This document shows, in pieces, positions 19,093 to 28,910 of a stretch of DNA of 64,000 nucleotides (its first letter is position 1; every line of letters starts with the position of its first letter). Source of the DNA: Patescibacteria group bacterium (GTDB taxonomy: Bacteria > Patescibacteriota > Minisyncoccia > JACQLN01); assembly GCA_038065095.1 (NCBI GenBank), contig JBBTRR010000006.1, positions 20,713 through 84,712 of the forward strand, given 5' to 3'. The notes under the pieces are model-generated. The model did no database searches. It saw nothing but the letters and a program-made list of their open reading frames with translations, and was not told the origin of the DNA. The translations under genes and the position numbers were made by a program.

Positions 19093-20544
19093 ATGGAACG
19101 AATTTTGATATCTAAAACCCCTCAAAGTAAGGGGCAAAATGTTAGTGTTTCCGGCTGGGTTTGGGGCCGGCGCGATCATGGCAAATTAATCTTTATTGAC
19201 GTAAAAGACCGCACTGGTATTTTACAGTGCGTATTTTTGCCTAATAATAGAGAACTACATAAACTAGGTGATACCCTGCGCACAGGCTTTGTGGTGCAAT
19301 TAGAAGGTCAAGTTTCGGAACGCCCCAAGGGTATGGTAAACGCCGAAATAGCTACTGGGGAAGTTGAACTACAGGTCTCAAATCTTATTATATTAAACGA
19401 ATCAGAAACCCCACCTTTTGCTTTGGATACCGATGGTTTAGAAATAGGCGAGAACTTGCGAATGAAGTATCGCTATTTAGATTTGCGCCGAGATAGATTG
19501 CAAAAAAATATACGCACACGTCACCAAATATTGCAGTTTATTAGAAACTGGCTTACCGAAAAAGAATTTGTAGAAATAGAAACTCCTATTTTAACCAAAT
19601 CCACACCCGAAGGCGCACGTGATTATGTGGTACCTTCGCGTTTACAAAACGGCAAGTTTTACGCCTTGCCTCAAGCCCCTCAACAATACAAACAACTTTT
19701 AATGGTGGCTGGGTTCGAAAAATATTTTCAAATTGCTAGATGCTTTAGAGACGAAGATACTAGGGGAGACAGACAACCAGAATTTACACAGTTAGATATG
19801 GAAATGTCTTTTGTGGAGCGCGAAGATGTTATGACTTTAAACGAAGCCTTGCTTATTGCTTTAATAAAAAATCTATTTCCAGAAAAAAAGATCCAAGAAA
19901 CTCCATTTCCAAGAATAAGCTATGCCGAAGCTATGGAAAAATATAGTACCGATAAGCCAGATTTACGAAAAGACAAAGATGATAAAGATTTATTGGCTTT
20001 TTGTTGGGTTATAGATTTTCCATTTTTCGAGGAAGTTACAAAAGATAATTCTCATTTGTCAGATGAAGTGCTCGCACTTCGAAGCTCCGAAGGAGCGAAG
20101 AAGTGGACGTTTACACATAACCCATTTTCTAAACCAAAAGATGAGCATATGGAATGGTTAATGAACAAAGAAAATATTGGTGAAATTTTAACAACTCAAT
20201 ACGACATCGCCTTAAACGGTTTTGAAATTGGGGGTGGCAGTATTAGAAACCATAAACCAGAACCATTAAAAAAGGTTTTTGAAATAATGGGTTTTTCGGA
20301 AGAAAGAATCGCTTCAAATTTTGGTCATATACTTACAGCCTTAGGTTATGGCGCACCACCGCATGGTGGCATTGCTTGGGGTTTAGATAGAGTAATTACA
20401 ATATTAACGAATGAACTAAATATCCGCGAAGTCTTTTCTTTCCCTAAAACAGGCGATGGCCGAGATTTAATGATGGACGCCCCAGCCGAAATATCGGAAA
20501 AGCAATTAAAAGAACTTGGTATAAAAATAAAAAAGGACGATTAA
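19093..20544 (+). CDS. aspS: aspartyl-tRNA synthetase, short form lacking GAD insertion
   Basis: N-terminal OB fold, class II motifs, LPQAPQQYKQLLMVAGFEKYFQIARCFRDED, GGGSIR. 483 aa. Confidence 0.9.
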   Translation: MERILISKTPQSKGQNVSVSGWVWGRRDHGKLIFIDVKDRTGILQCVFLPNNRELHKLGDTLRTGFVVQLEGQVSERPKGMVNAEIATGEVELQVSNLIILNESETPPFALDTDGLEIGENLRMKYRYLDLRRDRLQKNIRTRHQILQFIRNWLTEKEFVEIETPILTKSTPEGARDYVVPSRLQNGKFYALPQAPQQYKQLLMVAGFEKYFQIARCFRDEDTRGDRQPEFTQLDMEMSFVEREDVMTLNEALLIALIKNLFPEKKIQETPFPRISYAEAMEKYSTDKPDLRKDKDDKDLLAFCWVIDFPFFEEVTKDNSHLSDEVLALRSSEGAKKWTFTHNPFSKPKDEHMEWLMNKENIGEILTTQYDIALNGFEIGGGSIRNHKPEPLKKVFEIMGFSEERIASNFGHILTALGYGAPPHGGIAWGLDRVITILTNELNIREVFSFPKTGDGRDLMMDAPAEISEKQLKELGIKIKKDD

Positions 20545-20661
20545 TTTTAAACAATGTTGTAAAATTTCTAATTACTAATATCTAATCAATTTCAAATGAT
20601 TAAATGACTAATGATAAATTCTTTTTTTGACATTGGGATTTAGACATTAGAAATTTCTGAT

Positions 20662-21375
20662 TTGTATATGTACCAAATTAAACTAGCAAAATTTGAAGGC
20701 CCACTAGACTTATTACACCAACTTATAGAATCTAAAAAATTAGAAATAACCGAAATATCTTTGGCCGAAGTAGCAGATCAGTTTTTAGTTTATTTAAAAA
20801 GTTCCGCCAATTTAGCTATGGAGGATATGGCTAATTTTTTAAATATTGCAGGCCGTCTGGCTTTAATAAAATCGCGGGCGCTTTTGCCGCTTTTAAAACT
20901 AACCGAAGAAGAAGAAAAAGATATTGAAAGTCTAAAAAACCAGCTAGCCGAATATCAAAAATATAAAGAATTAGCTAAAGAAATTCATAAAATAGATTTA
21001 AAAGGGGAAAGATATTACAACCGCACTTATTTGGCCAACATTGAACCTATTTTTTATTTCCCTAAAAAACTAACCAGCGAGATTTTAGCTACATCTTTAA
21101 GTAATCTAATAAGTACAATAACTTTACCTCAAAGAATTCCTCAAGCTCAACTTATAGAAAAAGTTTCCCTAGAAGAAAAAATAGCGGATTTAGAAAAAAA
21201 TATTAGGGAAAAGCTAGAATTAAATTTTTCCCAAATTGTGAGTTCAGAAAATCCAGAAGCTAGATTAGTAATATTTCTTTCCATGCTAGAATTATTAAAA
21301 CGTTCAAAAATTTCGGCAGAACAAAATTCAAATTTTGAAGATATAAAATTGAGATGGTTAGAAGTTAATAGTTAG
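20662..21375 (+). CDS. scpA: segregation and condensation protein A
   Basis: FEGPLDLLHQLIESKKLEITEISLAEVADQFL. Confidence 0.85.
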   Translation: MYMYQIKLAKFEGPLDLLHQLIESKKLEITEISLAEVADQFLVYLKSSANLAMEDMANFLNIAGRLALIKSRALLPLLKLTEEEEKDIESLKNQLAEYQKYKELAKEIHKIDLKGERYYNRTYLANIEPIFYFPKKLTSEILATSLSNLISTITLPQRIPQAQLIEKVSLEEKIADLEKNIREKLELNFSQIVSSENPEARLVIFLSMLELLKRSKISAEQNSNFEDIKLRWLEVNS

Positions 21376-21410
21376 TAGTTTTCATTTAACTAAAACTATA
21401 ACCAAAAACA

Positions 21411-22034
21411 ATGACTAATAACCAAAAACTACAAACTACAAACATGGATCCCGTTAGAAGCCACCCTGCCAAAGGCACGGCTACGACCACCTTGGGACGA
21501 TCTGCTTCTAACGGGATGGAACAGATTCTGGAAAGCTTGCTTTTTACTTATGGTGAATCTATAAGCTTAAAAAAACTAGCCGAAGTTACAAAAACATCGC
21601 CTAACAATATTCTTTTGGCTTTAGAAAATTTAAAAGCTAATTTAAAAAATAGGGGAATAAAACTTATAAATAAAGATAATTACTGGCAAATGGTTTCTAC
21701 TAAGGAATCATCAGAATTTATAGAAAAACTTGTCAAAAGCGAGATACAGGAAGAGTTAACTGCGGCTAGTTTAGAAGTCTTGGCTGTAGTAGCTTATCGT
21801 GGACCAGCCTCTAAAAGCGAAATAGAGATGCTACGTGGTGTAAATTCAGGCTATGCCTTACGCAATCTAACCCTTAGAGGGCTTATAAATAAAAACGAAG
21901 TTACAAAACCTCAAACTTATCAAATATCTTTGGGTGCTTTAAAAAAATTAGGTTTAAATACAGAGCATGAATTACCAAAATATAACGAACTAAAAACAGA
22001 ATTACTTAGAACAGAAAAATTGCTTCAAAACTAA
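21411..22034 (+). CDS. scpB: segregation and condensation protein B
   Basis: LESLLFTYGESISLKKLAEV and winged-helix repeats. Directly follows scpA. Confidence 0.8.
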   Translation: MTNNQKLQTTNMDPVRSHPAKGTATTTLGRSASNGMEQILESLLFTYGESISLKKLAEVTKTSPNNILLALENLKANLKNRGIKLINKDNYWQMVSTKESSEFIEKLVKSEIQEELTAASLEVLAVVAYRGPASKSEIEMLRGVNSGYALRNLTLRGLINKNEVTKPQTYQISLGALKKLGLNTEHELPKYNELKTELLRTEKLLQN

Positions 22035-23032
22035 TGCGACAAATTTTAAACATTTTAATTAGTGCTTTTATTGTAATACCACTCTTGCTTTTGTCGTACC
22101 AAGTGGGTTCACCCAAGTATCTAGCCGCCAGTGCTTATTTTAATGAACCGGCTCTAAAAATAAATATAGAAAAAGATACCCCTTCACCAGTAAAAATTAA
22201 AATTATTCCGCAAAGAAATATTATTATTCCAGATATTGAAACTGATGCAACTTCTTTTTTAGCTTGGGATTTTAAAGAAGATTTTTATTATTATTCAAAA
22301 AATATAGATGACCCTCGCCCCATCGCCTCATTAACAAAACTAGTAACAATGGCTGTAGTTTTAGATTATACCGAACCACAAGAAACAGCTTCGGTTTCTG
22401 GAAATGCCATTAAAAATGATGGCGATAGCGGTAATCTTAAAGAAGGAGAAATTCTTACTGTAAAAGATTTAATGGCCGCCTCTCTTTTAGAATCTTCCAA
22501 TGATGCGGCCTATGCCTTAGCAGAATATGTTGGTTCTAAATTGCAAACAAACTCCGAAGCTAAAGTCACCCCTGTAAGAGAATTTGTAAGAATGATGAAC
22601 CAAAAATTTAACGACCTAAACTTGGTTCATTCAAATTTTACGGATCCCACTGGTTTAGAAGATATAAATTCTTTTAGTACGGCTAATGATTTATCAAAAT
22701 TTATAAAATACTTAAGAGAAAATCCTAAATATACTATTATTTGGGAAATCTTAAAACTGAAAAATTATCACACTAGGTCTTTAAATAACATTGCTATACA
22801 CGATTTTAAAACCACAAATCTATTTTTAAGTGAATATAGTAATGTGTTGGGTGGTAAAACAGGTTTTACAAATAGAGCTTTAGGAAATATGATTCTTGTT
22901 ACAACAAGTTTAAATAATACAGAAATTATATATATAGTACTAGGCTCTAACAATAGATTTGAACAAATTAGAAAAGTGATAAAATGGGTAGAAGAAGCTT
23001 GGACTTGGCCGGCAAATAACACAAACATTTAA
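22034..23032 (+). CDS. dacA: D-alanyl-D-alanine carboxypeptidase (S11, PBP5-like)
   Basis: SxxK (ASLTK), SxN (SSND) and KTG (KTGFT) motifs. N-terminal signal/TM. Confidence 0.8.
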   Translation: MRQILNILISAFIVIPLLLLSYQVGSPKYLAASAYFNEPALKINIEKDTPSPVKIKIIPQRNIIIPDIETDATSFLAWDFKEDFYYYSKNIDDPRPIASLTKLVTMAVVLDYTEPQETASVSGNAIKNDGDSGNLKEGEILTVKDLMAASLLESSNDAAYALAEYVGSKLQTNSEAKVTPVREFVRMMNQKFNDLNLVHSNFTDPTGLEDINSFSTANDLSKFIKYLRENPKYTIIWEILKLKNYHTRSLNNIAIHDFKTTNLFLSEYSNVLGGKTGFTNRALGNMILVTTSLNNTEIIYIVLGSNNRFEQIRKVIKWVEEAWTWPANNTNI

Positions 23033-23034
23033 CT

Positions 23035-24081
23035 ATGCTAGATATTTCATTTCAAGTAGCAAAAATATTAACTTTAGCTTTTGGAGCTTTTGCTTTGGCT
23101 ATGATTTTAACTCCGTGGTGGACAAATATTCTTTATAAATATCGCCTAGGCAAACAAATAAGAACCGAGGGCGCGCCAATTTTTACCTCTATGCATAAAG
23201 ATAAAGAGGGTACACCCACAATGGGTGGTGTAATTATTTGGCTAACAACACTTATTTTAATTGCTGGATTGGCGATCTTAAAAGAATTAATGCCAAATAG
23301 TTTGGCCTCTGGTTTAAGTTTTTTATCTAGACCTCAAACATTATTACCCATAGGTATTATGATTTTTTCGGCCATAATAGGCTTAGGCGACGATATTTTA
23401 GGTGTATTTAAAATAGGTCCTAAGGGTGGTGGTTTAAAAATGCGTCATCGTTTACTTCTTTATACAGTAGTAGCCATAATAGGAGCGTTATGGTTTTATT
23501 TCAAACTAGACTGGACAACTGTTAAAGTTCCATTTTTAGGAAATTTTGATATAGGCTACTGGTTTATACCTTTTGCCACATTTATTATTGTAGCTACTTC
23601 TTTTTCTGTAAACGAATCCGATGGTTTAGATGGCTTAGCCGGAGGCTTGATGCTAACAGCTTTTGCCAGTTACGGCTTAATAGCTTTTTTTGAAAGTAAA
23701 TATGAATTAGCTGTTTTTTGTGCTGTGGTTGTAGGCGCTCTACTTTCTTTTCTTTGGTTTAATATACATCCAGCTAGATTTTTTATGGGTGACACCGGTG
23801 CGATGCCTCTTGGTATAACTTTAGCAGTTATTGCTTTGTTAACTAATTCAGCTTTGGTTTTACCCCTTATAGCTTTTGTGCCAATGATGGAATCAGTTTC
23901 AGTTATTGTGCAGGTTATTAGCAAAAAATTACGCCACGGTAAAAAAATCTTTCTTTCGGCTCCAATACATCATCATTTTCAAGCCAAAGGCTGGCCAGAA
24001 ACTAAGGTTACGGAAAGATTTTGGATTATTTCAGTTGTTATGGCTGCAATTGGAATAATCATACAATTGATAGGAAAATAA
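23035..24081 (+). CDS. mraY: phospho-N-acetylmuramoyl-pentapeptide transferase
   Basis: 10-TM MraY topology. Motifs GGVIIW, NESDGLDGLAGG and MGDTGAMPLG. Confidence 0.9.
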   Translation: MLDISFQVAKILTLAFGAFALAMILTPWWTNILYKYRLGKQIRTEGAPIFTSMHKDKEGTPTMGGVIIWLTTLILIAGLAILKELMPNSLASGLSFLSRPQTLLPIGIMIFSAIIGLGDDILGVFKIGPKGGGLKMRHRLLLYTVVAIIGALWFYFKLDWTTVKVPFLGNFDIGYWFIPFATFIIVATSFSVNESDGLDGLAGGLMLTAFASYGLIAFFESKYELAVFCAVVVGALLSFLWFNIHPARFFMGDTGAMPLGITLAVIALLTNSALVLPLIAFVPMMESVSVIVQVISKKLRHGKKIFLSAPIHHHFQAKGWPETKVTERFWIISVVMAAIGIIIQLIGK

Positions 24082-24110
24082 ATTATTTTAAATATGCTAA
24101 AATAATATCA

Positions 24111-25691
24111 ATGGCATTTGATATTCTCATTAAAAATGGATCTATTGTAGATGGAACTAGCCAACATCCTGCTTACAAAGCAGACATTGGTATTATTGGC
24201 GATAAGATTTTCGAAATAGGAAACCTTTCTAAAGCCAAGGCTAAAAAAGAAATAGATGCAGCAGGAATGGTTGTATCTCCGGGTTTTATAGATGTTCAAA
24301 ATCATTCCGATAGCTACGGCAGTATTTTAAATGACAATATTTTAGAAAGTATGGTTCGCCAAGGTATAACAACTATACTTATGGGGCAATGCGGATCTTC
24401 CCTAGCTCCACTTCTTAAAGGTTCTTTGGTATCTGTTCAGAAATGGGCCAGTACCGCTGGCATAAATATAAACTGGACAAGTATGGCAGAATTTTTAGAG
24501 ACTCTTTCAAAAAGAAAAACCAGCTTAAATGTTGCTTCACTTACCGGACACGCTACATTAAGAAGAGACTTTGTAGGAAACTCTGTTAGACCATTAACTC
24601 CTAAAGAAGAAATGCAAGTAAGCTCTCTATTAAAAAGATCTTTAACAGAAGGTTCTTATGGTTTATCTATTGGCTTGGCTTATAGTCACGAAAGATTGGC
24701 TACAGCAGAAGAACTTATAAAATTATTAAACACAACTAGATATTCTGGTGGAGTAGCTTCTTTCCATTTACGAAACGAAGGCGCCGAAATTTATGCTTCA
24801 TTAAACGAAGTTTTAGGTTTTTTGCATCATGCACCAATTAAAGCAAAAATAAGCCATTTAAAAATGCTGGGCGAGAAAAATATTATGGCCGCTGAAAAAC
24901 TTTTACGAATGATTGATGTCGCTAAAAGCAATGGAATTAATTTAAGTTTTGATGTTTACCCATATACAGCTTCGGCTATTATTCTTTATCTTTTGCTTCC
25001 CGAATGGGCTATTGTCGGCGGAAAAAATGAACTTATTAAAAAAATAAAAAATAGTGGCACGCACGAAAAAATTGTTCGTGATATTGAAAGCAAAAATTAT
25101 CCTTACGAAAAAATAACTATTGCCACCAGCGCCTTAGGACAGCTTTTTGTAGGAAAAAGTCTAGCTCAAATAGCCCGCGATCAAATTACTTCTGGTGCTG
25201 AAGCTATTTTAAACCTACTGCTAGCAGCCCGCGATCAAATTACTGTATTTTGGAACGATATAGATGAAACAGTTTTTGAAACCCTGTTAAAACACCCAGC
25301 TTCTATTATTGCCACTGATGGTTCTGGCTATAATAATGCAGTTAAAGAAAAGAATACTGTGCCTCACCCGCGCTCTTTTGGTACAACCGCCAAAATTTTA
25401 GAACGCTACGTAAAAGAAAAAAAGGTTTTAAGCTTAGAAGAAGCTGTGCATAAAATGTCGGCTAAACCAGCCGAATGGCTGGGTTTAAGAAATAGGGGAA
25501 TTATAAAAAAAGGTTTTTTTGCCGATATCGTAATTTTTGATCCTTTAAACATTAAAGATAATTCTACCTTTGAAAACCCTTTAAAATATCCATCAGGTAT
25601 TAAAAATGTCTTGGTTAATGGAAAAATTGTAGTAAATGAATCTGGATTTTCCGGAACCCTAGCTGGCCAAGTATTAAAAAAAGGATTTTAA
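24111..25691 (+). CDS. amidohydrolase, N-acyl-D-amino-acid deacylase (D-aminoacylase) family
   Basis: ILIKNGSIVDG...ADIGIIGDKIFEIG...GMVVSPGFIDVQNHSD. ATG at 24111 preferred over the ORF-track start. Confidence 0.7.
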   Translation: MAFDILIKNGSIVDGTSQHPAYKADIGIIGDKIFEIGNLSKAKAKKEIDAAGMVVSPGFIDVQNHSDSYGSILNDNILESMVRQGITTILMGQCGSSLAPLLKGSLVSVQKWASTAGININWTSMAEFLETLSKRKTSLNVASLTGHATLRRDFVGNSVRPLTPKEEMQVSSLLKRSLTEGSYGLSIGLAYSHERLATAEELIKLLNTTRYSGGVASFHLRNEGAEIYASLNEVLGFLHHAPIKAKISHLKMLGEKNIMAAEKLLRMIDVAKSNGINLSFDVYPYTASAIILYLLLPEWAIVGGKNELIKKIKNSGTHEKIVRDIESKNYPYEKITIATSALGQLFVGKSLAQIARDQITSGAEAILNLLLAARDQITVFWNDIDETVFETLLKHPASIIATDGSGYNNAVKEKNTVPHPRSFGTTAKILERYVKEKKVLSLEEAVHKMSAKPAEWLGLRNRGIIKKGFFADIVIFDPLNIKDNSTFENPLKYPSGIKNVLVNGKIVVNESGFSGTLAGQVLKKGF

Positions 25692-25692
25692 A

Positions 25693-26784
25693 ATGAAAAA
25701 CCATAGTAAAGCGGCAACAACATTTATAATGGCTACCGCTGTTTTGGTTTTGCTTGGTATAGCTGTAATGACCAACGCTTCTATACCTCTTGCTCAATCC
25801 AACCACGGCGAAAGTTTTTATTATTTTAAACATCAAATAACATATGGCTTAGGTTTAGGGCTTTTAGCCTTTTTTATTTTTTATAGAATAAATATAGCTC
25901 TGCTTAAAAAATTCGCGTTACCAGTTTTGATTTTTGCGATAGTTTTATTAAGTTTGGTTTTTGTGCCTAAGATAGGTTTTGAGGCTTTAGGAGCCAAACG
26001 TTGGATAAATATTTTTGGTTTTTCATTTCAACCTTCGGAATTTGCCAAATTAGCTTTGGTGATTTACTTAGCCCATTGGCTAGAATCTAAGAAAGATAAA
26101 ATTAAAAAACCCACGATGATATTTCCTTTTTTATTATGGACAGGAATTATTGGCGGATTAATAATTTTAGAACCAGATTTTGGAACATTCATAATAATCT
26201 GTGCCACAGCTTTTGCAATGTATTTTATGGCAGGTTCTGATTTAAAAACTATGGGTTTAGTTTTTTTAACTGGCATAGTTTTGCTTATTTCTTTAGTTGC
26301 TGTAGAACCATATCGTAGAGAACGCTTTACTTCGTTTCTTAATCCAGATCGTGATGCCGCAGGTTCCGGCTATCAATTAAAACAAGCTCTTATTGCTATA
26401 GGTTCGGGAGAATTTACCGGTTTAGGTTTAGGCAAAGGAATACAAAAATATAATTATTTACCAGAAACCATTGGCGATTCTGTTTTTGCTGTGGTTTCCG
26501 AAGAACTTGGTTTTATAGGATCAACTTTGGTTTTATTTATTTATTTAATTTGGGTGCTAAGTGGTTTAAAAATCGCTTCGCTTTCCAAAGATCTTTTTTC
26601 GCGATATTTAGTTATAGGTATAGTGGCTTGGATAGGCTTGCAAGCTTTTATAAACGCTCTGGGAATTTTAGGCATGATTCCTTTCACAGGTATTCCCTTA
26701 CCGTTTATAAGCTATGGTGGCACGGCCTTAATGATAGAACTAGCAAGTATTGGTATGGTGGCCAATATTGCTAAAAATAGATAG
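25693..26784 (+). CDS. ftsW: SEDS family peptidoglycan glycosyltransferase (FtsW/RodA)
   Basis: 10 TM helices, GSGY, GxSxxxxxxxLW-like regions. Follows mraY. Confidence 0.85.
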   Translation: MKNHSKAATTFIMATAVLVLLGIAVMTNASIPLAQSNHGESFYYFKHQITYGLGLGLLAFFIFYRINIALLKKFALPVLIFAIVLLSLVFVPKIGFEALGAKRWINIFGFSFQPSEFAKLALVIYLAHWLESKKDKIKKPTMIFPFLLWTGIIGGLIILEPDFGTFIIICATAFAMYFMAGSDLKTMGLVFLTGIVLLISLVAVEPYRRERFTSFLNPDRDAAGSGYQLKQALIAIGSGEFTGLGLGKGIQKYNYLPETIGDSVFAVVSEELGFIGSTLVLFIYLIWVLSGLKIASLSKDLFSRYLVIGIVAWIGLQAFINALGILGMIPFTGIPLPFISYGGTALMIELASIGMVANIAKNR

Positions 26785-26805
26785 ACTTTCAGAAATCATA
26801 TCGTA

Positions 26806-26849
26806 GTGTCCCGAGCATACGATCGTATGCTCGGGACACGTTTTAGTTT
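26806..26849 (+). terminator. 34-nt perfect palindrome intrinsic terminator
   Basis: gtgtcccgagcatacgat|cgtatgctcgggacac followed by GTTTTAGTTT. Confidence 0.8.
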
Positions 26850-26900
26850 GACAAATATGTTTTAATATTTTAGACTCAAGCCAAGTTCCTTAATATGTCT

Positions 26901-26948
26901 CCGAGAGGAGACTCACATTCCCGAGAGGGAATAAACCTTCGAGAGGAG
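26901..26948 (+). promoter_or_regulatory. three direct repeats yCGAGAGGRR at about 19-nt spacing ending at the start codon
   Basis: ccgagaggag at 26901, ccgagaggga at 26921, tcgagaggag at 26939. The last doubles as the SD. The first lies in the palindrome gtctccgagaggagac. Confidence 0.5.
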
Positions 26949-26955
26949 AAGTTTT

Positions 26956-27714
26956 ATGGATATTTTCGTAAAACAAAGCGCTGAAATATTGTTAGGAAAA
27001 AAATTAAGTATGAATCTGTTAGATTCTCTTGTGGAATTACGAAAAGAAATAGATGAAATAGATTTTGAATATATATTGAATCGTTCCCAAAATGAAGAAT
27101 GGGAAGTAGCCGCAAAAATATCACAAGCCGTAGTGGTGCGTACATACGGAGGTGATGCTTGGTCTAAATTAATCCGAAAAGAAATTTTTACTAGTAAATT
27201 TGGGGCTACACCTTTTTTCTTGGCAGGATTAGTACTTGGTTCTTTTAGAGCCGCTATTTGGTTAGATGAAAATTGTCCAACCAGAACATCTTTCTCGGAT
27301 CGTTTTCCTAGAATTATTGAGGAGTTTATTATTTGCCAAACCGAAGTTACAAAAATTACCGGTGCAACTATTTCAAATCCTAAATATGCATCGGAACTTT
27401 CAACTTTAGTAAAAAAATGGGCGGGTGGTAATCCCGATAAGAGCGCACCTGCTTCTTGGTGTAGCCAAGGAATCAGGCTAGGCGAAATAGGAAATATTTT
27501 TGTTCACGTGCAAGCCACCATAGAAGATGCGATGTTCGGTAAACTATCGCCGATAGGACAAGAAGTGTTGAATCAGTTAAACTATGCGGCTTTTAGCCTA
27601 CTGTCTGTAGAAGGTAGGTCGGCAGCGATGGAATATATGTTAAGTGGATCACATACAAACAGGATTTCAGAAAGACTAGCAAAAAGAGCTAGAGGAGCTA
27701 CCCCAATGAGGTAA
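26956..27714 (+). CDS. hypothetical protein, GC-richer insert between ftsW and murG
   Basis: 252-aa ORF with no recognisable motif. Flanked by strong terminators on both sides. Composition differs from neighbours. Confidence 0.5.
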   Translation: MDIFVKQSAEILLGKKLSMNLLDSLVELRKEIDEIDFEYILNRSQNEEWEVAAKISQAVVVRTYGGDAWSKLIRKEIFTSKFGATPFFLAGLVLGSFRAAIWLDENCPTRTSFSDRFPRIIEEFIICQTEVTKITGATISNPKYASELSTLVKKWAGGNPDKSAPASWCSQGIRLGEIGNIFVHVQATIEDAMFGKLSPIGQEVLNQLNYAAFSLLSVEGRSAAMEYMLSGSHTNRISERLAKRARGATPMR

Positions 27715-27721
27715 ATAACCA

Positions 27722-27756
27722 CAGGCAATCGATAATCGGTTGCCTGCTTTTTAATT
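27722..27756 (+). terminator. intrinsic terminator
   Basis: caggcaatcg-ataat-cggttgcctg then CTTTTTAATTT. Confidence 0.65.
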
Positions 27757-27782
27757 TAAAAAAATACTGCTAAAGTAGGTAT

Positions 27783-28910
27783 ATGAAAAACCTAAGGATA
27801 ATGCTGTGTGGCGGGGGAACAGGCGGGCATGTTTTGCCGTTGGTAGCCGTAGCTAGAGCCATTAAAAAACTTAATCCAACTGCCAAAATATACTTTGTTG
27901 GCCCAGAAGAATTCTCTTTAAATGCTTTACGCGAAGAAGGCGTAATAGTTAAAACCATAATCGCCGCGGGCAAAATAAGACGATATTTTTCGTTTAAAAA
28001 CTTTTGGGAAATAATAAAAATCCCTTTTGCCTTTATACAATCTTTAATAGTTGTGACATCCATAAACCCTAATGTGACTTTGGGCAAAGGCAGTTATGGC
28101 AGTGTGTTGCCCGTGCTAGCAGCCGATATTTTATTTAAAAAAACAATAATACATGAATCTGATGCTATACCCGGTTTAGCTAATAGATTTCTTTCTTATG
28201 TTACAGATAATGTGGCAATTTCTTTTGAAGAAGCCAGAAAATATTTTAATAACAAAAATGTATATTTAACCGGTAACCCTATACGAACAAATTTTATAAA
28301 CTTAAGTAAGGGGGAGGCGAGTAGTGTTTTAGATATTCAAACCGACAACCCTCCTTCGCATAAAGCTTCGGAAGGGCAAGGAAAAGTTATATTTATAAGT
28401 GGTGGGTCACAAGGTGCACAAAGAATTAATAATGCTGTATTAAAAGCTTTAGATTCGCTTTTAGAAAAATATTTTGTCATTTGGAGTGTAGGCAAAAATA
28501 ATTTTGATTCTATAAAACAAAAAATATCAAACAAAGATAATATAAAACTGTTTGATTTCTTAAACGAAAAAGAAATAGCTTCGGCTTACATACTATGCGA
28601 CCTTGCCGTGGGCCGCGCTGGCGCTGGCACAATTTTTGAACTAGCTGCTTTTGCTAAACCAAGTATCTTAATTCCACTGGAAAGAAAAGGTGGCGACCAG
28701 CCTGTAAATGCCTTCTCCTACACTAAAACAGGCGCTTCTTTTCTATTAAGAGAACGTGATTTAGATAACTTTAAAGAAACCCTAGAGAATATACTAAACG
28801 ACGACTCCAAACTAGATTCAATGCATGAAAATGCCGAAAAATTTGGTAAAATAGAAGCAGCCGATAGCTTAGCAAAAATATTATTAGATCTAGCAAAAAA
28901 TGAAAGTTAG
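27783..28910 (+). CDS. murG: undecaprenyldiphospho-muramoylpentapeptide beta-N-acetylglucosaminyltransferase
   Basis: GGGTGGHVLPLVAVARAI N-terminus. GT28 C-terminal domain. Confidence 0.9.
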   Translation: MKNLRIMLCGGGTGGHVLPLVAVARAIKKLNPTAKIYFVGPEEFSLNALREEGVIVKTIIAAGKIRRYFSFKNFWEIIKIPFAFIQSLIVVTSINPNVTLGKGSYGSVLPVLAADILFKKTIIHESDAIPGLANRFLSYVTDNVAISFEEARKYFNNKNVYLTGNPIRTNFINLSKGEASSVLDIQTDNPPSHKASEGQGKVIFISGGSQGAQRINNAVLKALDSLLEKYFVIWSVGKNNFDSIKQKISNKDNIKLFDFLNEKEIASAYILCDLAVGRAGAGTIFELAAFAKPSILIPLERKGGDQPVNAFSYTKTGASFLLRERDLDNFKETLENILNDDSKLDSMHENAEKFGKIEAADSLAKILLDLAKNES

